Source: Bacteroides xylanisolvens
GTDB taxonomy: Bacteria > Bacteroidota > Bacteroidia > Bacteroidales > Bacteroidaceae
Reading direction: 5' to 3'
Assembly: GCA_046986985.1 (NCBI GenBank)
Contig: JBKVKY010000012.1
Coordinates: 89,368-153,367 of the forward strand
DNA length: 64,000 bases
Positions within the stretch are counted from its first letter, which is position 1. The number at the start of each line of letters is the position of its first letter. Below, piece by piece: positions 52,695-63,410 of this stretch. Both the position numbers and the translations under genes were made by a program. Under the pieces are notes generated by a model. It searched no databases. It saw only the letters and a program-made list of their open reading frames with translations, and had not been told where the DNA came from.

Positions 52695-53427
52695 TCTGCT
52701 CCTGCTCTTTTGCATTGGACTTCCGTTGCTGGCCCAACAACAGCGGCCTACGCAAACACCCAAAAGAGATCAGAAAAAGAAAGAAGTTGCCGAGATAGAT
52801 ACCATTCCACTTTACAATGGTACGTATATCGGTGTGGATTTATACGGCATCGGAAGCAAGCTTCTGGGAGGCGACTTTATGAGTTCTGAAGTCAGTGTGG
52901 CCGTCAATCTTAAAAACAAATTCATCCCTACCTTTGAGTTTGGCATGGGAGGAACAGACACCTGGAATGAAACAGGTATACACTATAAAAGCAAAATGGC
53001 TCCATTCTTCCGAATCGGTGTGGATTACAACACCATGGCAAAGAAGAAAGAGAAGAACAGCTACTTATATGCAGGACTTCGCTATGCATTCAGTTCATTT
53101 AAATATGACGTTTCCACAATGCCGGCGGACGATCCCATCTGGGGAGATGCAGTAGGTAACCCCAGTTTAGGAGATGGTTACTGGGGCGGAAGCGTACCTT
53201 TCAGCCACTTGGGAATGAAAGGCTCCGTGCAATGGCTGGAAATTGTTTTAGGCGTTAAAGTGCGTATCTACAAAAACTTTAACATGGGGTGGTCGGTACG
53301 TATGAAATACAAAACCAAAGCATCTACCGGAGAATATGGAAATCCATGGTACGTGCCCGGCTACGGAAAGTTTAAATCAAACAATATGGGAATCACTTAT
53401 TCCCTTATTTACAAATTGCCTCTTTAG
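52678..53427 (+). CDS. DUF6048-like outer membrane beta-barrel protein
   Basis: Signal peptide from MKRLIS; amphipathic strands; PWYVPGYG. Confidence 0.65.
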   Translation: MKRLISLLLLFCIGLPLLAQQQRPTQTPKRDQKKKEVAEIDTIPLYNGTYIGVDLYGIGSKLLGGDFMSSEVSVAVNLKNKFIPTFEFGMGGTDTWNETGIHYKSKMAPFFRIGVDYNTMAKKKEKNSYLYAGLRYAFSSFKYDVSTMPADDPIWGDAVGNPSLGDGYWGGSVPFSHLGMKGSVQWLEIVLGVKVRIYKNFNMGWSVRMKYKTKASTGEYGNPWYVPGYGKFKSNNMGITYSLIYKLPL

Positions 53428-53433
53428 AATATA

Positions 53434-54015
53434 ATGACAGGACTAGAGATTTGGTTGCTTGCAATAGGTCTGGCGATGGATTGTTTCGCTGTCTCCATTG
53501 CAAGTGGCATTATTTTGAAGCGTACCCGATGGAAACCCATGCTAATCATGGCTTTTACATTCGGACTTTTTCAAGCAATCATGCCTTTTATCGGATGGAT
53601 GTTCGCCAAAAGCTTCAGCCATTTCATAGAAAGTATAGACCATTGGATTGCCTTTGCCATTCTTGCCTTCCTTGGCGGCAGAATGATTTGGGAATCTTTC
53701 AAAGAAGAAGAGTGCTGCCAGCTATTCAACCCGACCAGTCTGAAAGTGGTATTCACTATGGCCATCGCAACAAGCATCGACGCGCTGGCAATCGGTATTT
53801 CGTTTGCCTTTTTAGGAGTGCAAAATTATAATGAAATCCTGTCCCCTATCCTTATCATCGGACTTGTTTCCTTCGTCATGTCACTCATCGGGTTGATCTT
53901 TGGTATCCAATGCGGCTGTGGCATCGCCCGAAAACTGAAAGCAGAGTTATGGGGAGGTATCATTCTGGTCATCATCGGACTAAAGATATTAATTGAACAT
54001 TTATTTCTCCAATAA
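53434..54015 (+). CDS. mntP: Manganese efflux pump MntP
   Basis: LAMDCFAVS, FGLFQA, ATSIDALAIG. Confidence 0.9.
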   Translation: MTGLEIWLLAIGLAMDCFAVSIASGIILKRTRWKPMLIMAFTFGLFQAIMPFIGWMFAKSFSHFIESIDHWIAFAILAFLGGRMIWESFKEEECCQLFNPTSLKVVFTMAIATSIDALAIGISFAFLGVQNYNEILSPILIIGLVSFVMSLIGLIFGIQCGCGIARKLKAELWGGIILVIIGLKILIEHLFLQ

Positions 54016-54045
54016 AATGAGTTTTCTCATCAAAAAGAAGAGCGT

Positions 54046-55056
54046 ATGAAAACAAAGAAAAGTTTCCTTTGGCTGGCTTTCCTGATTTTGGCAACCATCT
54101 GGATATTAGTCAGGCATAATCAACAAGCTGGCTATTACAGTGTCAAAGGTTTGGTATTTGGGACGGTATACAAGATTACTTACCAATATGACGGCGATTT
54201 AAAACCGGAAATAGAAGCTGAACTGAAACGCTTCGATCAATCTCTGTCTCCATTTAACGACAGTTCAGTTATCAGTCGCGTCAACCGCAACGAGGAATTA
54301 GTTACCGATAGTTTCTTTCAGAAATGTTTCAACCGTTCGATGGAAATTTCCCGCGAGACAAACGGTGCTTTCGACATCACAGTAGCCCCCCTTGCCAATG
54401 CTTGGGGATTCGGTTTCAAAAAAGGCACTTTTCCTGATTCAATCATGATAGATAGCCTGTTGCAAATCACCGGATATGAAAAGGTGAAAATGGACAACGG
54501 CAAAGTCATTAAGCAGGATTCCCGTACCATGCTAAGTTGTAGTGCCGTTGCCAAAGGGTATTCGGTAGACGTAGTTGCGCAACTGCTCGACCGTAAAGGC
54601 ATAAAAAACTATATGGTAGATATAGGCGGTGAGGTGGTTGTGAAAGGCAAAAACCCCTCCAAAGGCTTATGGCGCATCGGAATCAATAAGCCCGTCGACG
54701 ATTCACTGGCCGTAAACCAAGACTTACAAACAATACTTGAAATTTCGGATTTAGGCTTGGCAACTTCAGGAAATTACCGCAACTATTATTACAAAGATGG
54801 AAAGAAATATGCTCATACCATCGACCCGAGAACGGGTTATCCGGTACAGCACAGCATCTTGTCTTCCACCGTAATCGCTAAAGACTGTATGACTGCCGAC
54901 GCCCTGGCTACCGCCTTCATGGTGATGGGACTGGAAGAAGCGGAAGCCTTCTGCAAAGCGAATCCGGAGATTGACGCCTACTTTATTTATAGCGGAGAAA
55001 ACGGAGAGTTCAATACTTTCTACACGGAAGGAATGAAAAAATACATAGCGAAATAA
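54046..55056 (+). CDS. apbE: FAD:protein FMN transferase (ApbE)
   Basis: GAFDITV, AVAKGY, DIGGE, ATSGNY, HTIDPRTG, ADALAT. Confidence 0.93.
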   Translation: MKTKKSFLWLAFLILATIWILVRHNQQAGYYSVKGLVFGTVYKITYQYDGDLKPEIEAELKRFDQSLSPFNDSSVISRVNRNEELVTDSFFQKCFNRSMEISRETNGAFDITVAPLANAWGFGFKKGTFPDSIMIDSLLQITGYEKVKMDNGKVIKQDSRTMLSCSAVAKGYSVDVVAQLLDRKGIKNYMVDIGGEVVVKGKNPSKGLWRIGINKPVDDSLAVNQDLQTILEISDLGLATSGNYRNYYYKDGKKYAHTIDPRTGYPVQHSILSSTVIAKDCMTADALATAFMVMGLEEAEAFCKANPEIDAYFIYSGENGEFNTFYTEGMKKYIAK

Positions 55057-55164
55057 GATCTGCTTCTTTTCTTTCATTCTCTTCACATGAGGATAAGTCT
55101 CAAGCTATCAACCATTTCGTGTGATTACTCAAAGAAATATGCTTCTTCACATCCTTCACAGTCA

Positions 55165-55803
55165 TTACCGTGAAGGATGTGCCGCATCTCTGGATACGCC
55201 ATAATAACCGGGAGCAGGCACATACATCGGCTGATTGCGCAAACCGATATTCACTAGTTTTCCTTCTCCACGCAAACGTACCAAATGCGTTTTGGCCGTA
55301 GTACGTGCCAAACCACACACTTCCTGAAAATCACGGCGGGTCATCATCTGATGTTCGACAAAATATTCTTTCAACAGCATATCAATCTCCACCTCTGACA
55401 CCTTCTCCGAATGACGGACATACTTGGACTGACTGGCGCGAACACCCACAAAATGTCCTTTCAGATTACTGTCAGGGCGAAATCGGACAGTTTTGAAAGC
55501 CACCTTATTAGTCTTATGCGGAGTGCTGCGAGTCACTTTCCCCGTAGCCTCCAAAGTGGGATAAAAATAACCGATCCCCTCGATATGCACTTCTTTTCCC
55601 TCACGCAACGACTCGCCAAGAATCTTCGATAAGTTATCAAGCACATTCTTTACATCGCCCACAGTCAACGAACTGTAGTCATGAATCTTGTAACAAAGAG
55701 TATCCGTATCCACCTTTCCATTCATAAAGATACGCGGATGCAACGCTGCTTCTTCTTCCGAAGAAGCATTAGGATTTTCATACCAATCAAACACAATAGC
55801 CAT
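55165..55803 (-). CDS. HU-family DNA-binding protein with C-terminal winged helix-turn-helix
   Basis: SSLTVGDVKNVL...EGKEVHIEGIGYF...VRFRP; MTRRDFQEVCGL.RTTA...L...G.....Y. Confidence 0.85.
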   Translation of the reverse strand: MAIVFDWYENPNASSEEEAALHPRIFMNGKVDTDTLCYKIHDYSSLTVGDVKNVLDNLSKILGESLREGKEVHIEGIGYFYPTLEATGKVTRSTPHKTNKVAFKTVRFRPDSNLKGHFVGVRASQSKYVRHSEKVSEVEIDMLLKEYFVEHQMMTRRDFQEVCGLARTTAKTHLVRLRGEGKLVNIGLRNQPMYVPAPGYYGVSRDAAHPSR

Positions 55804-55838
55804 TACTTCTTATCAATTTAAATGTGTAACTTCATCAT

Positions 55839-55926
55839 AGGACAACTTTAATCGGCTATTCGGACGACTGGAATCGGCTGTTCAGTCAACTATTGTCAGC
55901 CAACCGGACAACTCCAGTCGGCTTTT
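55839..55926. repeat. Tandem array of 4 x 22-bp degenerate units upstream of the HU-like gene
   Basis: aggacaactttaatcggctatt / cggacgactggaatcggctgtt / cagtcaactattgtcagccaac / cggacaactccagtcggctttt. Confidence 0.82.
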
Positions 55927-56111
55927 CCTAAACAAGCACTAAAGATACGACAAAGTAACGACTTATCCGCATAAGAAAGCTTGTTTTTCATTTCAGGAGA
56001 AAATAAACTTTTTCTTAGTTAAATACTTGCAAACCCCATATCTCATGTTATACCTTAGCAGCATCAACCGGTCGAAAAAACAACATTTATTCATAAAAAA
56101 ACAAGAAAAAT

Positions 56112-57437
56112 ATGAAGACATTAGAATATAACTCAAAACGTTTGGCGAAAAGAATACGGGTATTGATGAAAGAATCGTCAAACGTCATCGTTTCACCGAA
56201 CATTTCAAAGGAAGAGCTCAAAATGCAAGAATTGCATGAGCAGGAAGCAGATAAGAAAGAAGTACATAAACAGGAAACACATAAGCAACCCGTCCTTCTG
56301 ACGCAACAAGTGATCGACTTTTTGAAAGTGCGATATGATTTCCGCTACAACCTACTCACCGAAGAAACTGAATTTCGCCCATTCGGCCAACGAGAAATTC
56401 CTTTCTGCCGCATAGACAAGCGAGAACTGAATACTTTCTGCCTGGAAGCCCACAAAGAAGGAATCAATTGCTGGGATAAGGACCTTCAAAGGTACATCTA
56501 CTCTACCCTAGTGAAAAGCTACCATCCTTTCCGGCTTTATATGGACGAACTACCTATATGGGACGGAACGGACCGGCTGAAGTCTCTGGCGAAACGAGTA
56601 TCTGACGCCCCTATATGGATAAAAAGCTTTCACACCTGGATGCTCGGACTTGCTGCCCAATGGCTGGGAGTGAATCAAACACAAGCAAACAGCGTAGCCC
56701 CGATACTTATCAGCGAAGAACAGGGACGCCATAAATCTACTTTCTGCCGTATGCTGATGCCACCACAACTAGCCCGTTATTATTCGGATAATCTGAAACT
56801 AACCGCACAAGGCAATCCCGAACGTCTCCTTGCCGAGATGGGATTACTAAACATGGACGAATTTGACAAATTCGGAGCACAAAAGATGCCATTACTGAAA
56901 AATCTGATGCAAATGTCCAGCCTCAACATCTGCAAAGCCTATCAGAAAAATTTCCGGTCACTACCTCGTATCGCTTCGTTCATCGGAACGAGCAACCGAA
57001 CTGACTTACTATGTGATCCGACAGGCAGCCGCAGATTCATCTGCATTGAAGCGGAACATGATATTGACTGTACCGGAATTGAACATTCACAAACCTACGC
57101 CCAACTGAAAGAGGAATTGCTTGCAGGTGCCCGCCACTGGTTCAGCAAAGAGGAAGAACATACCTTACAGCGTCATAACAGCGCCTACTATCATGTCAAC
57201 CCCATAGAAGACATTGTGCGCAACACATACGCGCCTGCCTCGTTGGATGAACCGGATTGCCTGTCGCTCTCCGCCGCTATCATCCATAAGGAATTGAAAA
57301 AGAAGTTTCCAGCCGTACTACGCAACTGCACTCCTATCCAGCTGGCACAAATCCTGACCGCAGCAGGTATCAGCCGACAGCATACGAGATTGGGAAATGT
57401 ATATTCGGTGAAGAGGGTGAAGGATGGTGAAGGTTGA
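56112..57437 (+). CDS. VapE (virulence-associated E) P-loop helicase-like protein with DUF3874-like C-terminus
   Basis: RYDFRYN, YHPF..Y...LP.WDG.DR, QGRHKSTF (Walker A variant), LLNMDEFD, ASFIGTSN, DPTGSRRF. Confidence 0.85.
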   Translation: MKTLEYNSKRLAKRIRVLMKESSNVIVSPNISKEELKMQELHEQEADKKEVHKQETHKQPVLLTQQVIDFLKVRYDFRYNLLTEETEFRPFGQREIPFCRIDKRELNTFCLEAHKEGINCWDKDLQRYIYSTLVKSYHPFRLYMDELPIWDGTDRLKSLAKRVSDAPIWIKSFHTWMLGLAAQWLGVNQTQANSVAPILISEEQGRHKSTFCRMLMPPQLARYYSDNLKLTAQGNPERLLAEMGLLNMDEFDKFGAQKMPLLKNLMQMSSLNICKAYQKNFRSLPRIASFIGTSNRTDLLCDPTGSRRFICIEAEHDIDCTGIEHSQTYAQLKEELLAGARHWFSKEEEHTLQRHNSAYYHVNPIEDIVRNTYAPASLDEPDCLSLSAAIIHKELKKKFPAVLRNCTPIQLAQILTAAGISRQHTRLGNVYSVKRVKDGEG

Positions 57438-57507
57438 AAACAGTGTCCGTTCATTCACAGTTACTTCCTGTGAATGAACGGATAAGCTTTAGGTGAAGAA
57501 AGTGAAG
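57407..57507. repeat. GGTGAAG iteron-like cluster with a central 15-bp perfect hairpin
   Basis: ggtgaag at 57407, 57416, 57426, 57492 and agtgaag at 57501; tccgttcattcacag (57446) / ctgtgaatgaacgga (57468). Confidence 0.8.
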
Positions 57508-57628
57508 AACGGTTTATAAAAATAAAGTACATTAGTCAAGAACAAAAAAGTTTTAGGATCACCTCCGAGTATTTGGATATTATTCGTTATCTTTGGAAAC
57601 TTTATTTCATTAATTAATATCATTTGAA

Positions 57629-60598
57629 ATGATGAGAGAAGCCCAAATAGAAGAACTATTTATAAAAAAGTTAGAAGAACTCAAATACTCCTATCGCAGA
57701 GATATTCGCGACAGAAACTCTCTTGAACAAAACTTCCGAGAAAAGTTTGAGTCTCTCAACCGGGTAAGGCTGACTGAAAACGAATTTGAACGGCTGAAAG
57801 CTGAAATTATAACACCTGATGTATTTGCCGCTTCGAAGTTGCTGCGTGAAAGGAATTATTTTCAACGTGAAGATGGCACTCCTCTACATTATACATTAGT
57901 GAACATAAAAGACTGGTGTAAGAATGAATATGAGGTTATCAACCAATTGAGAATAAATACAGGAAACAGTAACCATCGATATGATGTCATTATTCTTATT
58001 AATGGTATTCCGGTAGTTCAGGTCGAATTAAAAACATTAGACGTATCACCTAGGAAAGCAATACAACAAATTATTGATTACAAGAATGATGTTGGTAACG
58101 GTTATACCAACTCATTACTTTGTTTTATGCAATTATTTATTGTTAGTAATAGGAGTGACACCCGTTACTTTGCCAACAATCAAAATCAACATTTTAGTTT
58201 TGATGCCAACGAGCAATTTCTGCCTGTGTATCAACTTGCAAATGAGCGGAATAGAAAAATCAGACATTTAGACTCTTTTGCAGAACTATTTTTGCCCAAA
58301 TGTACATTGGGAGAAATGATTAGCAAATATATAGTTTTGGTAGAAAGCGAGCAAAAACTATTAATTATGCGTCCCTACCAAATCTATGCAGTAAAAGCAA
58401 TTGTAAACTGCATTCATCAAAATCGGGGTAACGGTTATATATGGCATACTACAGGTAGTGGAAAGACGCTTACTTCTTTCAAAGCCTCCACGTTATTAAA
58501 AGATAATCCGGACATAGAAAAATGTCTTTTCGTTGTTGACCGCAAAGACTTGGACAGGCAAACCCGTGAAGAGTTTAATAAGTTTCAAGAAGGAAGTGTA
58601 GAAGAAAACACCAATACCGAAACACTTGTAAGACGACTACTTTCTACAGATTATGCAGATAAAGTCATTGTAACGACTATCCAAAAGTTGGGTTTAGCAT
58701 TGGACGGAAACCATAAAAAGAACTATAAAGAACGCTTAAATCCATTGAGTAAGAAACGAATGGTTTTCATCTTTGATGAATGTCACCGTTCACAATTTGG
58801 TGAGAATCATAAAGCTATTAAGGAATTCTTCCCTAATGCTCAATTGTTCGGCTTTACCGGAACACCTATTTTCAATGATAACGCAACACAAAAGACTATA
58901 GAAGATGAACATGCTTCCAACAAGACTACTAAAGATATTTTCGAAAAGGAACTGCATGCATACACTATTACAAATGCAATTGATGACAAAAACGTATTGC
59001 GTTTTCATGTAGAATATTTTAAAGGAAAAGGGAACATTAATCCTAAGCCGGGAGAAACCATTACTCAACAAGCAGTGATTGAGGCTATTATAGACAAGCA
59101 CAATGCCGCAACCAATTCGAGGAAGTTTAATGCGATTCTGGCAACCGCTTCCATAAACAATGCCATAGAATATTATAATCTTTTCAAAGAAATCCAGAAA
59201 CAAAAACAAAAAACAAACAAAGACTATCTACCTCTAAATATAGCCTGCGTTTTTTCACCTCCGGCAGAGGGTAATAAAGATATTCAGCAAATTCAGGAAG
59301 ACTTGGAGCAAGAAAAAGAAGACAACAAGCAAAATCCTGATGAGAAGAAAGCAGCATTAAAGAGTATTATCAGGGATTATAATAAACAATACGGAACAAA
59401 TCACAACATTAATGAGTTTGATTTGTATTACCAAGATGTACAAAAGCGCATCAAAGACCAACAATACAGTAATGCGGATTATCCTCACAAAAATAAAATT
59501 GATATCGTCATTGTAGTAGATATGCTACTTACAGGTTTTGACTCTAAATATCTCAACACTTTGTATGTAGATAAAAATCTAAGATATCATGGACTGATAC
59601 AGGCTTTTTCACGTACCAACCGTGTACTAAACGATACTAAACCATACGGAAATATATTAGATTTCCGCCACCAGGAAAATGCCGTAAACGAAGCTATCGC
59701 TTTATTCTCAGGAGAAAAATCTAAAGAGCAGGCGAAAAAAATCTGGTTAGTTGATCCGGCTCCTGTAGTAATTGAAAAATATAAAGAAGCCGTAGCAGCT
59801 TTAGGTGATTTCATGCGACAAAATAATTTAGCCTGCGAACCTCAGGAAGTGTATAATTTGAAGGGAGATACTTCTCGAATCGCTTTTGTCAAAAATTTCA
59901 AGGAAGTACAGCGGTTAAAAACCCAGCTCGACCAATATACAGACTTAAACGAGGAACAACAAACTCAAATTGAAGAGATATTGCCTGAAAACACTTTCCG
60001 TTCATTTAAAAGTTCGTACATAGAAACGGCTAAGCAATTTAGGGAAATACAACAAAAAGGCGGCGATAACATTCCTGTAGATATACAGCAACTTGATTTT
60101 GAGTTTGTACTTTTTTCCTCAGCATTGATTGACTATGATTACATCATGGGACTAATTGCTGACAGCACTCAAAAGAAACCATCTAAACAAAAAATGACAA
60201 AAGCACAAATCATCAACCTGCTTTGTTCAAGCTCTAATTTGATGGATGAACAAGAAGATTTAACTGAATACATAAAAAGTTTGGATTGGAATAATGGTCA
60301 AGATGTACAATCACTACATGATGGTTACAATGCTTTTAAGATAGAGAAAAATGAAAAAGAGCTATCCGATATCGCAAACAAACACGGACTAACCGCATCT
60401 GCCTTAAAAGATTTTACAGATAAAATTATGCAACGCATGATTTTCGACGGTGAAAAACTAACGGATCTCCTTGAACCGTTAGAACTAAGTTGGAAAGAAC
60501 GCCGTACGAAAGAACTTGCATTGATGGCAGACTTAGTCCCTCACTTAAAAAAACAAGCTCAAGGACGTGAGATTTCAGGATTAGCTGCTTATGAATAA
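57629..60598 (+). CDS. hsdR: Type I restriction endonuclease subunit R
   Basis: RYD...NGIP.VQVELK nuclease motif, RPYQ, HTTGSGKT, DECHR, FTGTP, QAFSRTNR. Confidence 0.95.
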   Translation: MMREAQIEELFIKKLEELKYSYRRDIRDRNSLEQNFREKFESLNRVRLTENEFERLKAEIITPDVFAASKLLRERNYFQREDGTPLHYTLVNIKDWCKNEYEVINQLRINTGNSNHRYDVIILINGIPVVQVELKTLDVSPRKAIQQIIDYKNDVGNGYTNSLLCFMQLFIVSNRSDTRYFANNQNQHFSFDANEQFLPVYQLANERNRKIRHLDSFAELFLPKCTLGEMISKYIVLVESEQKLLIMRPYQIYAVKAIVNCIHQNRGNGYIWHTTGSGKTLTSFKASTLLKDNPDIEKCLFVVDRKDLDRQTREEFNKFQEGSVEENTNTETLVRRLLSTDYADKVIVTTIQKLGLALDGNHKKNYKERLNPLSKKRMVFIFDECHRSQFGENHKAIKEFFPNAQLFGFTGTPIFNDNATQKTIEDEHASNKTTKDIFEKELHAYTITNAIDDKNVLRFHVEYFKGKGNINPKPGETITQQAVIEAIIDKHNAATNSRKFNAILATASINNAIEYYNLFKEIQKQKQKTNKDYLPLNIACVFSPPAEGNKDIQQIQEDLEQEKEDNKQNPDEKKAALKSIIRDYNKQYGTNHNINEFDLYYQDVQKRIKDQQYSNADYPHKNKIDIVIVVDMLLTGFDSKYLNTLYVDKNLRYHGLIQAFSRTNRVLNDTKPYGNILDFRHQENAVNEAIALFSGEKSKEQAKKIWLVDPAPVVIEKYKEAVAALGDFMRQNNLACEPQEVYNLKGDTSRIAFVKNFKEVQRLKTQLDQYTDLNEEQQTQIEEILPENTFRSFKSSYIETAKQFREIQQKGGDNIPVDIQQLDFEFVLFSSALIDYDYIMGLIADSTQKKPSKQKMTKAQIINLLCSSSNLMDEQEDLTEYIKSLDWNNGQDVQSLHDGYNAFKIEKNEKELSDIANKHGLTASALKDFTDKIMQRMIFDGEKLTDLLEPLELSWKERRTKELALMADLVPHLKKQAQGREISGLAAYE

Positions 60599-60613
60599 CA
60601 TGAAAAAAAGAAT

Positions 60614-61777
60614 ATGAGTAACCAACCTAAAATATATAAATATAAAGATTTGTCGGGATTAGCCGCAAGGTTACGTGGCGATCTAATTGAACACGATTTC
60701 GTCTTACTCTACGCTCATAATGGAACAGGGAAAACCCGTCTATCTATAGAGTTCAAGAATAAAGGAAAAAAGAAAATAAATGGAGACACTCTCTATTTTA
60801 ATGCTTTCACCGAAGATCTGTTTCATTGGGACAATGACTTAGAAAATGATATGGACCGTGTTCTTAAAATAAATGCTGATTCAAAATTCTTCAATGCATT
60901 TAAAGAATTAGCCTTAGAAGAAAAAATCTTCGCATATCTGGAACGTTATGCGGAATTTGACTTCAAATTTGATTATGAAAAATGGGAAATAAGCTTCAGC
61001 AAGCAGGTTCCCAATCCCAAACATAAGTTTAACAACAAAGAGCCTGAGTATATCATTCAGAACAATATTAAAATTTCTCGTGGCGAAGAGAATATTTTTA
61101 TCTGGTGTATCTTTCTTGCCATCTGCGAACTGACAATTGATGGTGCAGAAGCTTACAATTGGGTTGAATACATTTACATAGACGATCCAATCTCCTCGTT
61201 AGATAACAACAATGCTATTGCTGTAGCCAGTGATTTATCTCAGTTGTTGAAAAAAGGAAAAGATAAGGTCAAATCTGTTATTTCATCTCACCACAGCTTG
61301 TTTTTCAACGTCGTTTACAATGAATTAAAGCAAAAACCATGCAAACGATATTTCCTACATAAGAATGGAACTGACGGATATACTCTACAGGCAACTGACG
61401 AAACACCTTTTTTCCATCATATAGCCATATTGAGCGAACTCAAACAAGTGATGGAGTCGGGTAAAATCAATACATATCATTTCAATATGTTACGCAGTAT
61501 TTTAGAAAAGACATCTACGTTCTTCGGATATGACGACTTTTCAAAATGTATTCATGGAGTAGAGGATGAAGTGCTTTACTCACGAGCACTAAACCTACTG
61601 AGCCATGGAAAGTATTCTATTTACGAACCTGTAGAAATGGGAGATGACAACAAAGTTCTTTTTATAAAGATATTGCGAGCGTTTTTGGATAAATATCAAT
61701 TTGACTTACCTATTCTTCTAATTGAAGAAGAAAAAGAAGTGATTGATGCGATTAACAAAGAAAAAATGAGAAATTAA
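60614..61777 (+). CDS. prrC: PrrC-like anticodon nuclease (ABC ATPase + HEPN RNase)
   Basis: YAHNGTGKTRLS (Walker A), YFNAFTEDLFHWDND (PrrC box-like), ISRGEE (ABC signature), YIDDPISSLD (Walker B), SHH, LRSILEK and NLLSH (HEPN-like); embedded in a type I R-M locus. Confidence 0.85.
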   Translation: MSNQPKIYKYKDLSGLAARLRGDLIEHDFVLLYAHNGTGKTRLSIEFKNKGKKKINGDTLYFNAFTEDLFHWDNDLENDMDRVLKINADSKFFNAFKELALEEKIFAYLERYAEFDFKFDYEKWEISFSKQVPNPKHKFNNKEPEYIIQNNIKISRGEENIFIWCIFLAICELTIDGAEAYNWVEYIYIDDPISSLDNNNAIAVASDLSQLLKKGKDKVKSVISSHHSLFFNVVYNELKQKPCKRYFLHKNGTDGYTLQATDETPFFHHIAILSELKQVMESGKINTYHFNMLRSILEKTSTFFGYDDFSKCIHGVEDEVLYSRALNLLSHGKYSIYEPVEMGDDNKVLFIKILRAFLDKYQFDLPILLIEEEKEVIDAINKEKMRN

Positions 61778-61779
61778 AT

Positions 61780-63405
61780 ATGACAGTACAAGATCAAAAA
61801 CAATTAGGCAAAACCCTTTGGGAAATAGCAGACGGGTTGCGTGGAGCAATGAATGCAGATGACTTTCGCGATTATATGCTATCATTTCTTTTTCTACGCT
61901 ATTTGTCTGATAATTACGAAGAAGCTGTAAAAAAAGAATTAGGGAGAGATTATCCTCAATTGGAAGAAGCCAACAAACATAGAGCTTTGGGAATATGGTA
62001 TAAAGCAAATGAAATGGACGTACCGGAATTTGAAAAACAAATGCGTCGTAAAGTTCATTATGTCATAAAACCTCAATATTTATGGAGTAACATTTCAGAA
62101 ATGGCTCGTACTCAGAATGGAGAGTTGCTACAAACACTTGAAGAAGGCTTTAGATACATTGAAAATGAGTCATTTGAAAGTACTTTCCAAGGCTTATTTT
62201 CGGAAATAAACTTGAATTCGGAAAAGTTAGGCAGAACAGCCTCGGATAGAAATAAGAAACTTTGCACTATTATTCAAAAAATAGCAGAAGGAATTGCCAG
62301 ATTCTCAACAGATACAGACATTTTAGGCGATGCTTATGAATATCTTATCGGTCAGTTTGCCGCAGGCTCGGGGAAAAAGGCCGGAGAGTTTTATACTCCG
62401 CAACAGCTATCAACTATTTTATCTAAAATTGTAATCTTAGATAGTCAAGACCCGGCATTAGGAGAAAAAAATAAATTAGACAGAGTATTGGATTTCGCAT
62501 GTGGCTCCGGCTCCCTATTATTGAATGTTCGCAGACAGTTAGTGGAAACCGAAGGAAGTATAGGGAAAATATATGGACAAGAAAAGAATATTACCACCTA
62601 CAACCTTGCCCGTATGAATATGCTGTTGCATGGACTCAAAGATACAGAATTCGAAATACACCATGGCGACACATTGATCAATGACTGGAATATTCTGAAC
62701 GAAATGAATCCTGCAAAAAAGATGGAATTCGATGCTATCGTTGCAAATCCCCCTTTTAGCTTACGTTGGGAACCTACTGACACGCTAACAGAAGATTTCC
62801 GTTTCAAGAACTATGGCATTGCCCCTAAATCGGCTGCTGACTTTGCATTCTTATTGCACGGTTTCCATTTCTTGTCCAATGGAGGAACAATGGCTATCAT
62901 ACTCCCGCATGGGGTATTGTTTCGTAGTGGAGCAGAGGAACGTATCCGAACCAAACTACTGAAAGATAATAATATAGATACAGTGATAGGTTTACCTTCT
63001 AATCTGTTCTTTTCAACAGGGATTCCGGTTTGCATTTTAGTATTAAAGAAATGCAAGAAATTTGATGATGTTCTTTTCATCAATGCCAGCGAGCATTTTG
63101 AAAAAGATAAGAGACAAAATCGTCTACGAGAAGGAGAAGATGGCAAGCCTAATGATATTCAAAAAATCATAGAAACATATCAATTCCGAACAGAGGAAGA
63201 ACGATACTCCCGACGGGTATCTATGGACGAGATTGAACAAAACGGTTATAATCTTAATATTTCTCGGTACGTAAGCACGTTCAAAGAAGAAGAGCCCATT
63301 GATATACATGCAGTAATGGCTGAAATCAAAGAACTTGAAGCTAAACGAGCTGACTTAGACAAAGAAATAAATGTTTATCTGAAAGAACTTGGATTGATAG
63401 AGTAA
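61780..63405 (+). CDS. hsdM: Type I R-M methyltransferase subunit M
   Basis: GEFYTP, DFACGSG, NPPF, LPHGVLFR. Confidence 0.96.
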   Translation: MTVQDQKQLGKTLWEIADGLRGAMNADDFRDYMLSFLFLRYLSDNYEEAVKKELGRDYPQLEEANKHRALGIWYKANEMDVPEFEKQMRRKVHYVIKPQYLWSNISEMARTQNGELLQTLEEGFRYIENESFESTFQGLFSEINLNSEKLGRTASDRNKKLCTIIQKIAEGIARFSTDTDILGDAYEYLIGQFAAGSGKKAGEFYTPQQLSTILSKIVILDSQDPALGEKNKLDRVLDFACGSGSLLLNVRRQLVETEGSIGKIYGQEKNITTYNLARMNMLLHGLKDTEFEIHHGDTLINDWNILNEMNPAKKMEFDAIVANPPFSLRWEPTDTLTEDFRFKNYGIAPKSAADFAFLLHGFHFLSNGGTMAIILPHGVLFRSGAEERIRTKLLKDNNIDTVIGLPSNLFFSTGIPVCILVLKKCKKFDDVLFINASEHFEKDKRQNRLREGEDGKPNDIQKIIETYQFRTEEERYSRRVSMDEIEQNGYNLNISRYVSTFKEEEPIDIHAVMAEIKELEAKRADLDKEINVYLKELGLIE

Positions 63406-63410
63406 TAACG

